From contig NC_083282.1 of NCBI RefSeq assembly GCF_963506605.1, forward strand, positions 8,370,001-8,434,000: DNA of 64,000 nt. Direction: 5' to 3'. This document shows positions 13,186-28,634 of this stretch, piece after piece. This DNA is from Zootoca vivipara. Taxonomy: Eukaryota. A model generated the notes under the pieces. It had not been told where the DNA came from, made no database searches, and saw only the letters and a list, made by a program, of their open reading frames with translations. Made by a program: the position numbers and the translations under genes. The number at the start of each line of letters is the position of its first letter. The stretch's first letter is position 1.

Positions 13186-14360
13186 TTTGTCACTTTCTAC
13201 AGAAAGAAACAACAGTATTTGGCAGCAAACGGAAGGTCAGTTAAATTTTAGAGAGTGGGTTATCTTTAAGGCATTTAGATAAAGATAAAATCAGTCCTTT
13301 AGCTGGGAAGATTAAAAGCCCTCCTTTTATGTATCTTTGCAAAAGCCCTTAATTATCCATATTAATCAATGAGTCACAGCCTTAATGATCTCATTAGGAG
13401 CATATTATGGATGACAATTTATCTTGTAAAATATATGTGTTAGTTAAACCAGGTTTAACCTCATCACTGTGAGGCCATAATATAATTACGGAGCCAGAAC
13501 CCACTTTAGCAATCTAACTGATGACATTTTACAGAACTGTGCCGTTTTCATTTCTTCCTGGAGGGAAAAATACTCTAGCCCTCATACTGGAAGACAAAAG
13601 GGTAAATACCACATTAACATTTTTGATCCCTTAGGATTGGGAAGCAGAAAGGATCTGAGCACTGGAACTCATAAAGGAAATATTTACGTAAACTGGATTT
13701 GTAACGCTGCTGAAATGCTGCTTGTGCTGATAGGGCACAGAGGATGTCCATGTTACAGAGGGGAAATAGGTTGAGAATTATTTTACTGCATTGTAGTGCA
13801 ATGCAGTGCTGTGCTGTATTGTTGGAGGAGAAGGTGGGGAAATGCAGGGCCCAATTAGGGGTTGTGGAGATGGGTTAGTTGAGAATGTTTATGTGAACCT
13901 GCTTCCCTGTATTTATATGGGGTGTCCAAATCTTGCAAGATTTCCTGGGTCAAATCAGAAGCAGATAAAAAGTCTTGAAATCACATATTCATTGTCTAGA
14001 AACAATAATATAATTCATGGTTCTGTTTGAGACCATTTCTCTCTTGCAAGTGACAGCTGCCTCAAATAGAGAAATGCAACATTTTAGCATAACTGTGATC
14101 GGGCAGCGGTTTTTCTTCTTGCAAACCAAGTATGGCAACGAAAAGATACTCATCATGTTCTTTCTGACCCCAGCCTTTTTGCAACTGAAATATGTGGTGT
14201 TAATTTTGTTAAGGATGAAATGCTTTAAAAACTGCCTTGCCAATGCAAAGAAGGTCTATCATTGTGATTCCCATGATCGGACAGAGAAGAATGGATAGAG
14301 GCAGGATCCAGTGAAAGCAAGGCAGATCTTTATTTTTCTGTTGCAACAGAGTCTCCCCAC

Positions 14361-14738
14361 TGTTGGGCTTTCTTTGCCAACCGAGTTTGCACAGTGACTG
14401 GGGCAATGGAATAAAAACTTGCCCGCAATATCTTTGCTTACTTTATTTTTAAATAATAATCAAACAGCTGGAACTCACCACTCTACACCAGCCATACAAA
14501 GACCATACAAAGCATTTGGTCAACTTAAATACAGTTTTCAAAATAATCAGTTACCCTATCACATCGCTGCATCACATAACTCCACCTCTAATTAGTTACA
14601 TTGTTAAGATACAGGTGTGCTGAAACGTTGGTAGTTCACAGGTGTGCTGCCATGCAAATCATTATTACAATCAAACACATTCCACTGAGTAGCACTGTTG
14701 ACCACATCAATATTAAGAAATATTAAGAAAACCCAACA
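14361..14738. mobile_element. LTR-like insert with TGTTGGG...CCCAACA termini
   Basis: 7-bp inverted TG...CA ends; interrupts a relative of the 12.2-kb element; no clean TSD. Confidence 0.45.
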
Positions 14739-15045
14739 CTCAAGGAGGTAAGAGAGACCAAGAATGAAGTGTTCAGGAACCTTTAAGGACTTTTGACATT
14801 GCCCAACCCCATCCTGTACTGGTTGTGTTTGATCATTTATATTGGCCTATTACTCTGTCCATCTTCCATATACTTTTTTGTGCTAGGACTAGTTTACTGC
14901 CTTTCTTTCCCTGCCTAAAAGTTGTCCAACAACACCATCCACAAAGAGCTGCTGCACAACTTCCACTCAGGTTTTCATTGGTGACCAAGGTCTGCCACCA
15001 TATTTGAGCAATGCATGGGGCAGATATGTTGAGATGATGTGGCTG

Positions 15046-15650
15046 TCTTCTTCTTTGGCTATCACTCGTAGCTGAGTAAGATTGTCTTCCATGAACACGG
15101 TCTTAACAGTGACTGTGGAGGCCAATTCCTGATCTACATGTCCTTCCAGAGTGGGGACATAGGTTTCCGGGCGGGAGTTGATCACGGTGAGAGTTTGCCA
15201 AGCGTGCCTTCCTCTTAGTACATTTCTCCCTTTCGTCCTGAGTTTGAGCATCTTCAAAGTCCATGGTACCTTTGGTAAAGGCTGTTCTCCAGTTGGAGCA
15301 CTCACAGGCCAGTGTTTCCCAGTTGTCAGTGTTTATACTACTGTACTTTTTTTAAAAAAAATGTGCCTTGAGAGAGTCTTTAAAGCAGGCATCCCCAAAC
15401 TTCGGCCCTCCAGATGTTTTGGCCTACAACTCCCATGATCCCTAGCTAACAGAGGTCGGTGAAGATGGGAAATGTAGTCCAAAACATCTGGAGGGCCAAA
15501 GTTTGGGGATGCCTGCTTTAAACCTTTTGTTGACCACCAGCATTACACTTTCCATGAACAACATGACCATCTAACAAAGTTGATGTTGACGAATCATTGC
15601 TTCGACACTGGTGATCTTAGCTTCTTCCAGTACACTGGCATTAGTTTGCC
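15046..15650 (-). mobile_element. RTE-clade LINE 3' fragment (interrupted by a hAT MITE)
   Basis: Minus-strand translation NAGGQQKRFKDSLKA...WETLACECSNWRTAFTKG...CPH, with a (GAA)-like tail. Confidence 0.7.
15386..15515. mobile_element. hAT-type hairpin MITE
   Basis: CAGGCATCCCCAAACT...AGTTTGGGGATGCCTG; TSD CTTTAAAG/CTTTAAAC. Confidence 0.88.
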
Positions 15651-15729
15651 TGTAATATGGGTTTCATGTAAGAGATGGGTTCATTTCTATTGCTGATAAT
15701 GCAGTTGCTTGACATTTATGTGTTGATAG

Positions 15730-15879
<150 letters not shown>

Positions 15880-16669
15880 TAATGTCATGGATCAGGATTG
15901 GCTCAACCCTGACTTGATTTAGAAATTGAACCAGTTCCAATACAGATCTTTAAATAACCTTACTTCCCTTAGTTGAAGGAGCAGCCAGCTTATGTCTACC
16001 TTCTTGTTCCATGTTTCAGATATGCAACAGAACCTGTTCTCATACCCCATGACTGCTAAGTTTATTCAACAGCATTTAGTTAGTAGGTTCTGTCAAAAGC
16101 TTTTTGGAAGTCCGTGTGTACAATGTCTACCAGATTAGCCCTGTCTGCATACTTTTTGACACTTGAAAATTTCCAAAGGCTGGAAAATTAGACTTTCCTA
16201 TGCAGAATCCATGATAATTCTTCCTTAGAAAGATGTAGTATTCTGTATATATAAATATGTAGTTTATAAGATAATAAAATTGTTTAATATATTTTGTGTA
16301 TAAGATGCTTGTTGTTGTCATCTGCCCTGCAACCCTGGGAAGAAGGATGGGATATAAATCTCAATAACGAATGAATGAAGGGAAGTTTTCTACCAAATTA
16401 CTAAGCCAGTCTTTTTCCTTTCTTTTTTTAAAAGAGTCTTCTCCCCCCAAAAACATTAAGAAAATAAACAACAAAACATGCTGTCATTGATAGCAGCTTA
16501 CAGGAGAGCAATCTAATCAAGAGTACTACCTTTGCCATAAATGGACTGCTCAGTAGGTCTACTCTGAGTAGGACTAGCATTGAATACCACCCTTTGTTGA
16601 CTACTTATAGCAAGCCCCTACCATGATGTGATGTTGTTTGTCCTACATAACCAGAGTAGGCATCATGTA

Positions 16670-16912
16670 CAGTGGTACCTCTACTTACGAATTTAATGCG
16701 TTCCGAACGCACATTCGTAAGTCGAAAAAAAATGTAAGTCGAATCCCATAGGAATGCATTGGGAGAAAAAATTCGTAAGTCGAAGCAACCCTATCTAAAA
16801 ATTCGTAAGTAGAAAAAATCCTATCTAAACCGCATCCAAGATGGCGGGTGGAGCTCCATTCGTAAGTAGAAACATTCGTAAGTCGAGTCTTTCGTAAGTA
16901 GAGGTACCACTG
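16670..16912. mobile_element. Tc1/mariner-type MITE
   Basis: TA|CAGTGGTACCTCTACTTACGAA...TTCGTAAGTAGAGGTACCACTG|TA. Confidence 0.9.
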
Positions 16913-16922
16913 TACAATGTAA

Positions 16923-17162
<240 letters not shown>

Positions 17163-17908
17163 TAATTTCTACCCTTCATAAGGTGGGGGACTTGTTTCAT
17201 TTTAATGAAATTGAATAATGGATAAAATAACTTCACGTTGAACACCGCACTTGATCGTTTGCAGCTTTGCAAATGTTTTCACTTCACATGACTTAATTAT
17301 GTTGGAATACTATAGTAAACAGTGTAAACTCACTTCTCTAGTTGATATTACCGCATGCCAGTATTTTTTTTTAAAGATAATTTCTTCTGTCCTTCCTGTT
17401 TCGTGTGTGGTAGCTGATTACTGAGCCTACAGATCTCAGCATCCCTGCCATCATCTGTCTTATAACAATATCTGGCTTGCCTTTATAAAGCTGTTACCAT
17501 GTGTATGGAGTGCTTTGAATACTGGGAATGTATTTGAAAGTATTTTTGAAAGTGCAGTTGACATTCATATAGCACTTTTTTCTAAATTTAGATTTTAATA
17601 TATAAAAATGTGTCTGTTGGACTGGATAATTAGTCTGGAACTGAAAATGTATTTATTAGCTTGACACAGTTAAGGGTTTCTGTTTGATGTTGGATCCCCA
17701 ATATTGTCTGTGTGTTGTCTTTCTAATATAACCAGCAGTTCGGTAACCACCTAGACACACCTGCTCATTCCAGATCACCAGCATTATAACAATTTCAAAA
17801 AGTGGGGACAGACCATATTAATGGGATGGCTGTCATTCACTGCTCCAATGTCTTTTCCTTTATGCATGCAGTGTATTTGTTAAATGTTTGCTTTATTTCT
17901 TTGTTTAG

Positions 17909-18130
<222 letters not shown>

Positions 18131-18698
18131 TAGTAGGTCCATTAATTGGCATGGGCTTTACTTTGAATTTTGGGAAGTTGAAGAACATAAAGTAACACTT
18201 CAGCAAACTTTCATAGTTGGGCTAAAATCCCAAATGACAATCCAGGCACGGTCTATTTCTCAGTCAGATGAAAACATCAGATATCCTAGTCAGGTTTTTG
18301 AGACTATATAGGGGCTTTTCACCACATCCAAAAAGCAAGTTTTCTAGAGGTATAAACCAATAATCATATGTTTTCATTTACTACCCAGATTTCACATTTC
18401 ACATCTTTAAAATATACTTTTCCTATGAATAGCCAGCGGCTTCCATGCTCAAACTCTTTCTGACCAGAAATCCAAAGAAGAGTCTGATGGTGTGTGTTTT
18501 ATGACACATGTGTGCTGATTTTCTTTGCTGGTGGCAGCTGTTTACACCTTATGGATTGCCATTCCAGAGGGTCTCCTGACCTTTAGGGGCAGCCTTTTAG
18601 AGGTTACGATAGAAAGGGTACAGCTCTTTAAATCCTGATTTCTCTGTTTAGCTAAATAAACCAAGAACGCTGACTTTACTTTGCCATATGATTAACAA

Positions 18699-19050
18699 GA
18701 CCCAGGTGGCGCTGTGGTTAAACCACTGAGCCTAGGGCTTGCTGATCAGAAGGTCGGCGGTTTGAATCCCTGTGACGGGGTGAGCTCCTGTTGCTTGGTC
18801 CCAGCTCCTGCCAACCTAGCAGTTCGAAAGCACGTCAAAATGCAAGTAGATAAATAGGAACCGCTACAGCGGGAAGGTAAACGGCGTTTCCGTGCGCTGC
18901 TCTGGTTTGCCAGAAGCGGCTTTGTCATGCTGGCCACATGACCTGGAAGCTATACGCCGGCTCCCTTGGCCAATAATGCGAGATGAGCGCGCAACCCCAG
19001 AGTCGGTCACGACTGGACCTAATGGTCAGGGGTCCCTTTACCTTTACCTT
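18699..19050 (+). mobile_element. Sauria SINE, full length
   Basis: tRNA-like head with A/B boxes, (ACCTTT)n tail, 12-bp TSD TATGATTAACAA. Confidence 0.92.
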
Positions 19051-19252
19051 TATGATTAACAAATACAGTAACACCTGTGGGTTATCTAGACTTCCTTCCC
19101 TTTCTCCAGTAATAATGATTGTGACACATTACAGTAATGCACTTGACCATGCATGTGCTCTCTTGAGCTCTGTCCCTCTTGGCTAATCAAATGTAGCTGC
19201 CAAGGTTTAACCAGCTGGCTCCAGGAGGTGGTAATTGTGTCTTTACCTAAGG

Positions 19253-19389
19253 CAGTGATGACCAAACTTGGCCCTCCAGCTGTTTTGGGACTACAATTCC
19301 CACCATCCCTGACCACTGGTCCTGGTCAGCTAGGGATGATGGGAGTTGTAGTCCCAAAACAGCTGGAGGGCCAAGTTTGGTCATCACTG
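19253..19389. mobile_element. hAT-type hairpin MITE
   Basis: TIR CAGTGATGACCAAACTTGGCC; TSD ACCTAAGG. Confidence 0.9.
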
Positions 19390-19499
19390 ACCTAAGGGGA
19401 TTGTCCCCACTGCCCTTGAAGAGGAAGCAATACAGCCACTCCTAAAGAAGCCCACCCTGAACCCATGGCTTTGTGACAGCTTTCGACCAGCCGCAGATA

Positions 19500-20090
19500 C
19501 CCTGTTTGGGGGGGAAGGTGCTCAAGGCGGGGTTGGTGGTGCAACTGCAGACATTCTTGAGATATACCAGTCATTCTAGACCTATTCCAGTCTGGTTCAG
19601 CACTGACTTTGGAATGGAATCAGTCAACGTTGCCCTGATTAATGACCTTTATAGAGAGAACAAGACAAGTAAAGCATGACCTTACTGCTTCTCCTCAGTC
19701 TCTCTGCAGCTTTTAATATCTTTGAGGATGGCATTCTCCTGGACCCAACTGGGTAGGGTGGGTACTGGGGGCATGTTTTACAGAGGTTCCACTCCACTCC
19801 TACTTCCAGGGTCAGCATAGTATTCAGGAAGTGCTCTTCTGCTCTGTGGCAGCTAGGCTATGGCATTCCGCAGAGCACAATTTTGTCCCCAATGCTATTT
19901 AACATATATATGAGGTCATTGAGAGAAGTCATTGGGGGATTTGGAACATACTGTCGTCAGTACACTGATAGCATTCAGCTCTATTTCTCCATAATATCTG
20001 GATAATGTGTAGTGGTGCAGGAACTGGACTGGAGTGTGGATGCACTGCTGGGCTGAATGAGGACCAATAAACTGGTAAGACTTCTGGTAA
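19500..20090 (+). mobile_element. Degenerate L2 RT fragment
   Basis: Similar to 4600-5520 (TTCCAGTCTGGTTCAG, CTATTTAACATATATATGAGG, CAGCTCTATTTCTCC); ends approximate. Confidence 0.6.
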
Positions 20091-20139
20091 GATGGGTGCA
20101 GAGCTGGTGAAAATGCTCTGATGGACCCATGGATCTTAC

Positions 20140-20310
20140 CAGTGCTTTTTCGGGGGGGCACGGGGTACACATACCCCTAAACATTTTGTGAATCTTTGTA
20201 CTTTTGTCCATTTACTGTATTTATTTTTCCCGATTTGAATTATAAAATGGTGATTTTCTTGAGTCAAAATGAGAGTACCCCTAAACATTTGTTTAGAAAA
20301 AAAAGCACTG
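20140..20310. mobile_element. hAT-type MITE
   Basis: CAGTGCTTTTT...AAAAAGCACTG termini; TSD GATCTTAC/GATCTAAC. Confidence 0.8.
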
Positions 20311-20611
20311 GATCTAACAATCCCTAACCAGATACTGTGACACCCAAAGCAATGGTTGTCTCAAAAAACCTGTGACATAGGTCCGGTCCTAAAGCCTTCC
20401 TGGCTATTAGCCCACTGCATCAGTTAAAAAAGAGAGAGTCTAGAATGGGGCACAGGAGTTACGATCAGCGACCCTGTTGTACTTTGTTGGGGCTGAAGGC
20501 TAAACAAGGATGTTGCATCAGTATAACAGCCACCTCAAATGCTTGCTTGCTGCTAAAAAAAGGAAGTTTTATTGAAAGATTCTCTCTGGGTGTGGCTTTC
20601 TTCCAGCATGA

Positions 20612-20872
<261 letters not shown>

Positions 20873-22326
20873 TAGTTCCACAAGTCTGTAAGCACTTTAT
20901 TGAACCTATGTTGTGAATGCTTATTTAATGTTAGAATTGTTTATTGCCCTCTAATGCTCATCCAAGACAAATCCTATCAGAGGTTATACCACTTAAAAAA
21001 AACAAAACAATAATATTCAAGGGGTTGGGACTTGAAATGCTAACTTTCCTCTGCCCCTTCTTCAAGAAGGCCGGCTACTACTCATGTTAGGATCCATCTA
21101 CTTTTGACCTTGGACAAGCTAGAAATGGGGCTTGTACCGTCCCTCCACTATGCCCCATCTCTTATCCTTCCCAACCCTTGCCTTTCCCCAAGCTAAATAA
21201 GTTTTCCCTTGGCAAAGGAGAAGGGGTAATGATCTACAGAAGACTCAGCTGTAATGAAAGGGTGCATTGGTGAAAAGCAGCAGCTCACATGCGGGGCATG
21301 GCTTAGAGCTGAGAAAGGGATACATGCTCTCTGGAGAGCTGTTGTCAGTTCAGCTCAAAGGAGAGCGGACCACTAACCCAGAACTGAGCTTCAGATGGTT
21401 TTGACTCGGGAATTCAGTCTGACTTTCAACAAAGGACCAGCCCCTCTGAGGTAGTAGGGTCCTGGGAACCACATATTTCAGGAGAGTGACTACTACCAAG
21501 GCTGACCAGAATTTGAGGACCCCACCCTTCCACAATTTATGGATTGTTTTAATTTTTTTTTACTTGAGGAAGAGGGGTGTCTAGTAGTGAAAAGGGTGTG
21601 GTGAATAAATTGGATTTTTCAAGTCTTCCAGATGAACACTCAAAAATCCCTTGAGATTTTTTTAGTTTTGAATTGGAACACTTTAAAAGCCCAGTTTATT
21701 ATCTTCAGGCCAATCTGGCACCGGTTCACACATTCCTGACTTTCCAGATGTGAGGTGGACATGTAGATTAAGCCTGAAAACTGCACATTCTGTCTACTTC
21801 ACGTCTTGAAACTTGTGACTGCTACTTTCCCTCTGCAAAGTGGTATCAGGGCATGAGTGATTAACAGGAGAGAAGAAATTTAGGAGGTGGGGGTGTCTAA
21901 CCTTTTCCTTGCCTACCATTTTCCACAATTCTCTTCTTAGTGGTTTTTATTCCATCTGTGGTACCTGTGCCTCCGTCACTAACACAGCTCTGGTATGCCA
22001 ACTGGAAAGTAAGTGGCAGGGGTGTGGAAAGTTTGCAGGAGCATGATTAAATTCCTTTCTCCAAACTACCCCTTCTGCCTACATATTGCTTCTCTTTGGT
22101 GCTGCTTTGCTCAGGAAAAGTGGTGCCCAGATTTTCAGGATGTGGGGTTGGAACGCAATGGGTAGTTCTGTCCTAAAGGCAAGGAGAGTTGTGCTCCAAA
22201 GGCCTGCCTTCAATCCTTAATGCAGGCAACCACCTCTATTGTCCACCTCTTCCTCCTTCAGAACTAGTTTAAAAAACAAACAAGGAGTCACTTTTTATTT
22301 CAAGGAGACCAGGGGCTCCTAGTGTA

Positions 22327-22541
22327 CAGTGGAACCTCCGTTCTCGAACATCTCTGTTGATGAGCAATTTGGAACCCGAATGCCTGAATGCTTCCGTTTT
22401 CGAGCACGCCTCAGAAGTCGATCAGCTTTCTCCATTTTTCCAATGGATTTTGCTGACTGCCTTTGATCTTTGGTTTTCGAACGTTTCGGAAGCCGAACGG
22501 TCTTTCGGAACAGATTATGTTCAAAAACTGAGGTTCCACTG
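22327..22541. mobile_element. Tc1/mariner-type MITE
   Basis: TA|CAGTGGAACCTC...GAGGTTCCACTG|TA. Confidence 0.85.
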
Positions 22542-23017
22542 TATTTGCTTTGAGCTAGGCTGGGTAGCAGAGCTATTTGGATTTAGAGGGTGGGATTTTC
22601 ACTTTTGCTTTTTTATGGAAGTGGCCTGAGCAAAGACAATTCTTGGGGTTAAGTGGGTGGAGCAAAGCAGTGTGCTAACTCAGAGTGCCTATCTTCCGAA
22701 TCTCCAAAAGTAAAATGGGGTGGGAAGATTGGTGGCATATTCTGCCCTCTCCCCACCCCCCAAAGCAAGAAGAATATGTAGAAAGATGTAGAAAGTAGTG
22801 GCGTTGGGTTCCTTCCAATGAAGGATGTCCCTTGAAATAATAAGCACACGCTTCTCCCCTCCTGTAAGTAACTCTGGAGGACCTTCAGACAAATGCCACT
22901 CCTGAGCTTTGGTTAAAACTGGTGTTTTTAGTGTATATGTTCATGTGGATTATGATAATCTAGTAAATTTAATGCATCATCTTCATGATTACAAGTCGTT
23001 GGGGATTTAAAGTTTGA

Positions 23018-23155
<138 letters not shown>

Positions 23156-23424
23156 TAGATCAAATAGTCCTGCTGCAGTGCTTTTATTGGTTATACAGAA
23201 TATGCAGAAGCTCTTATTTCAAGGTAGCATCACTATAGGTTCACTGCAGACCATGCATTTCTATCTGAAATTGAATTGCTTGATATTTTAGGCTCAATCT
23301 TGGTGTTTTTTTTAAAAAAAATTAAATAACCAAACATTTTCTAGAGGTGCAGTGAAGCAATTGAAGCTAATATTGATGTTGTATCTTAAGCTGCTATTTA
23401 TTGAGGAGGAGTAACTCCTTTGTG

Positions 23425-23581
23425 ACGACAGAGGGCAAGATGGCTGGACAGTGTTCTCGAAGCTACAAACACGAGTTTGACCAAACTGCGGGAGGCAGTG
23501 TAAGACAGGAGTGCCTGGCATGCTCTGGTCCATGGGGTCACGAAGAGTCGGACACGACTAAACGACTAAACAACAACAACA
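23425..23581 (+). mobile_element. Bov-B LINE 3' fragment inside the U12 intron
   Basis: GGGTCACGAAGAGTCGGACACGACT...(CAA)n tail; 12-bp TSD AACTCCTTTGTG. Confidence 0.9.
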
Positions 23582-24585
23582 AACTCCTTTGTGGGGTTAC
23601 TAGTTTGGTCCTCCAAGGATTCCTGTGCCTTCCCAGGGGCAATGTAATGACGGCAGCCATGCCTACCAGGGAGATGCAGTGACTGTGAAAGTGTAATTGC
23701 TACTCTTCTGTGTGTCATGCAGCTTTCTTAACAACGGGAGCTCTGCAAAAACAAAAGGGCTAGCAATTCCATTCTTCCGTGTTGCCTTCAGAAATGGCCC
23801 CACTTCACAACTGTGTTTCTGTTCTTATGAGGGATAGCAAACAAAAGAACATGCCTCCTCTTCTGTCCACCCCCATCACTGTCACTAATCTTGGATGTCT
23901 TCATTCACAACAGGAGGAGAGGCAGTAGGTGGTCAGTTTCAAAGGATGATGGCAGGAATAGCTGTGGTTTTTGATCTGTAGTTTTTGTTTCAAAAGCTGC
24001 TGCTGCTCTTCTGTGAACTCTGCTGCTGTCGGTGCATGGGATCATAGCAATGTACATTTCATTGAGTCTGTTCTGAGTAAACCACAGTATGTTATAACAC
24101 TCATTTTTGCTCTGGAATAGAAGTTGTTTAGTGTAGTCAGATCATAGAATGAGCTTATTAGCATGTGTGCTAAACTATCTCCATAACAACTGTATATATA
24201 TTTTTGTATCCATAAACGTTTACATGATTTTGAGTAAGGCTGCAAGCTTTAATAAAATGTTCATATGATCTTATTTAGATTAATGGGTGGCGCTGAGAAC
24301 ATGTAAATATGCAAAGCAAATGGCTGTTCTTTCCGTTTTGCATGTGATGCTAGCATATCTTTATGCTTTCAATATCAGTTACTATGGGCGGTAATGTAAT
24401 AGGGGATTAGGGAATGATCTGTATTCCCGCTTTCCAAATGTGATGAAAAGAAACACCTGAAGGTTGTTTTTCCTTCTAGCATTGTTAATAGCAAGTCTAT
24501 CTCACATTTAAAAAGCACACTCCCTTTTCTTTAGAGTTCTCAGTAAGGTGCCTCAATTAATGTTAACAGATGTGTGTTTCTTCCA

Positions 24586-24978
24586 AGCCTTATGAAGATG
24601 GTTGAAGGAGCTGGGGATGTTTAGCCTGGAAAAGAGGAGACTAGGGGGAGATAGGATATCCCTCTTCAAATACCTTAAGGGCTGTCAGGTGGAGGATGGA
24701 GCAAGCTTGTTTACTCCTGCTCTGACAGGTAGGACTCAAATCAATGGCTTCAAGTTACAAGAAAGGAGATTCTGACTCAACATTAGGAAGAACATTCTGG
24801 CAGTAAGAGCTGTTAGACGGTGGAACAGTCTCCCTGAGGAGGTAGTGGACACTCCTTCCTTGGAGGTTTTAAGCAGATGTTCGATGGCCATGGATGCTTT
24901 AGTTGAGATTCCTGCATTGCAGGGGGTTAAACTACTGGATGGTGCCTGGGGTCCCTTCCAACTCTACGATTCTATGAT
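24586..24978 (+). mobile_element. CR1 LINE 3' fragment inside the U12 intron
   Basis: Diverged match to the CR1 3' end, ending TTCCAACTCTACGATTCTATGATT. Confidence 0.85.
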
Positions 24979-25139
24979 TTATTTAAATGATTTCTTACCT
25001 ACCCTTCACCACAACGTTCCAGAATGAATTACAGTAATTTAAAATGCTACATTAAAATAAATTTGAAACAGTTTCTTCACCCCTGGCATACACTGTTAAC
25101 ACCAAAATTGTATAGAACACAGTTTGGAGGCATCCGTAA

Positions 25140-25283
<144 letters not shown>

Positions 25284-28200
25284 TGAGTATTCATGAAAAT
25301 GACATGCACCTTTTTTTCTGAAAAGCAGTTGTATTTTCTGACGCGTGACAGTGAATACTATGTCAATTATATTGCAAATATGTTTCAGTAAAATTTGTTC
25401 CTCATATTTTACTCAGTTATTTTTGTTTCCGAAATTATAGGTGCCTTCAGAAAACACAGGATTGGTGGGATGCTTGTATTATGTGTTTTCTTTTGAAACT
25501 TCTCTGCTAAGTTATATGATTTAAAAAAATAATTCAGTGTGTTTATTTTAAGGCACTTTCTCCATTCTTATATGGTGAATATTTTCTTATAAAAGAATAA
25601 TTGTTATACCATGTGGATCAGATCAGATTGAAATATTAGGCAGAAACATTAACACATGTGCACTGAAACACTGCCCTGAATGTTTGTGTGCATAAAAACT
25701 AGTAATTTTTTCCCCCAGATTATTATTTTTAAAATGCAAGTGCGTTCTTCAAATGACTGTTTACAGTATTTTAAGACTTGGATATTTTAATGCATGCAAT
25801 ATCATATTATAGTCCTAAAAAATACCTAATTTACCCATGTGGGGAAGTGGCAATCAGTGGTGTTTTGTAACATTTTTGCATGTATGTATGCAGTTCCCCA
25901 CACCTGGATTATTTCACCTATTTTGTACTATGATATATTTCATGAAAATAAATGTTTCATATTTAGTAAGGCAGAGCTGTTTCTCCTAGACTTTGGATTA
26001 TTTCTGTAGGTCATTCCTGTGTAAGTATTTGCACATAGCATGGTCGCATCCCCTCTGTGGCTTCTCCGGGCCTCCTGGGTCCCCCAGCTTCTGGCTCCAG
26101 TAGCAGCTCACTGAGCCTGTGGCGATCGCTATCTTGCCAGCATTTTCTCTCTTCAGAACCTGGATGTTCTGCTCAAATCCGCTCTGCGGCGATTAATGCA
26201 GTGAAAGCTTTGGAACTGATTTTAGGGCTGGGGAAAAAATGGGGTGCGACTAATATGCAGTAGCAACAATTCTTTGTCTCTCCATTTCAACTGTACTTTA
26301 TTGCCACATGGCAGATAATAATACTACATCAGCCTAATTTGTTGGACAAATTGTGGTTAGAAGCTATGTGTTGACACAGTTTTAAGAGAAATAACCCCCA
26401 GAAGTAAAATTCAAGGTGGCAGTTTTGTGATACAATCCTAATGGTTTCAGGGATATTGTACCTTGTCACAGTAGCTGTGAGCTTATGTAATGTGCATATA
26501 TATGTATGGCTGTATAACATTTCAAGTGAATTTTTTTTTTGCTGTGCTTCCAACTTACTGCATTGCAGCTTTAATTTAGTTGAGCAGTTGTCTTTAATGA
26601 ACCTTATTACTGACCAGATTAAGGACCTGCCACATTAAAGAAAAAAGGGGGATCTGTTTTCCATCAGACACAGCGAAACACAGAACAGATTTATACAGTT
26701 CTCTCTTAGCACCGAGTATTTTAATTAGATAAGAGGTGTGACGGAAACCAGTGACATAGGGGACCCCGATGGATAGCACCCAGATTTTGAGAGGCTACTT
26801 AATGCTTCGTAATGTGTTAGTGGTTTAGTACTTTAAGGAAAGGTTTAGTCGTTCAAAAAGAATGGCACATATCATGCAGAAATAATTTGTGTATTTTCCA
26901 CAATGAAGGCGCTAATAAAGGTAGAGGACAATAACAAGAACTGACTAAACTTGCAGCAGGGGGAAGAACAGTATTTTCACTGCTATACATGCTCAAACAA
27001 TGGTCTTGCCTCCCATGTTCCTATCTTCTGTTTTGGCTATTTGTCAGAAATCCCCACACATCTGATTCAGACGGGTTGAAGTCACCCCCCCCCCTTCAAC
27101 CCTGCTTTCTGCAGGAATGATCTGTGTCAGAGATTTCCAAACTTATTTGGCCTACTGTCCCCTTTTCAAAAAAAATTACTCAGCATCCTGCCCCATAAAT
27201 CTACCTTCTTTAGGCGAACCAACAGAAATAGGCAGTAACAAATTTGCGTTCTTTTATGTATCTATATTTCTACCTACATCGTACAATACTAGGTCCTATG
27301 TCCTCCATGCTTGATCTGCACACACCCCACCTGCCAGACCTCTGTGACTGCTCCTTTCTTTATCCCCATGACTGATCTCCATTTTCAGACATTGTGATAT
27401 ATCGGAATATCGCAATGTTTAACTGCTGATATATCACGATGTTGAAAACCAGATATCGCTCAGCCCTAGTCTTTTTTTTTTAGTATGCCTAAAATCTTTT
27501 GCTTATAAGGGACTACCCCACATTTTGTCCATAAAATTGCTTTGCAGAGGTAACCACCATAGAGCTATCAAAAATTTCAAAAGTAGGGTGTCCGTGGCTT
27601 GGCTTTTGAAAAATAGGGGGGCCTCAGTAATTGGCTAATTGGGAACCACTGTCCTACAACATAGGACGTGCAGGTGAAACAGGGAAATCCCTCCCTCCAG
27701 CACAATCATCAGATCCAGGGGGAGGAATTGTTGCCATCTTGCAACAGCGCCTGACCTGGCAGTAAGTGTCATTACACAACAGGCGAAACATGTACAAACA
27801 GTTTTTCAAAATTCTTTCTTTCTGCTTCCGCCGCCCCCTTATTTTTATTCAATGCCCCCCAATTGCACTTGAGGCTTCTACCGCTCCCCTGGATTGTTCC
27901 AGAGCCCCCCAGGAGGCATTATTGCCCACTTTGGGAAACACTGATCTTTGCGATCAAGTTCCCCATGGGGTACTCAGCTGCACAGCCAATCCAGCCACTT
28001 CTGTACCTTCTCCAAACTGGACAACAAGTTAGGGGGAAATGGGACAAATTTGGCCTAAGGGCTGGAGGTTCTCCTCCCCACGCTTTAAACAAACTGCAAG
28101 CAGTAAGCTGAGAACAAAACATTGGCTTTTCCTCATGATTTGTTGGCAGAAAAGTAAAACCTGAGCCCTGGGTTCACACAAAATTACAAGCCAGACTCTT

Positions 28201-28337
28201 GTGGGAAGCATATTGATTTTAGCTTTTAAGGTGCCTTTTTTAATTACCTATCCAAGAAATTTAATTGCAAAAGTGAAGAACTAATAACAGTTTTTACTTT
28301 AAGGCTAGCTAGTATTAAAGCCTTTAAATCTCCCTAA

Positions 28338-28634
<297 letters not shown>

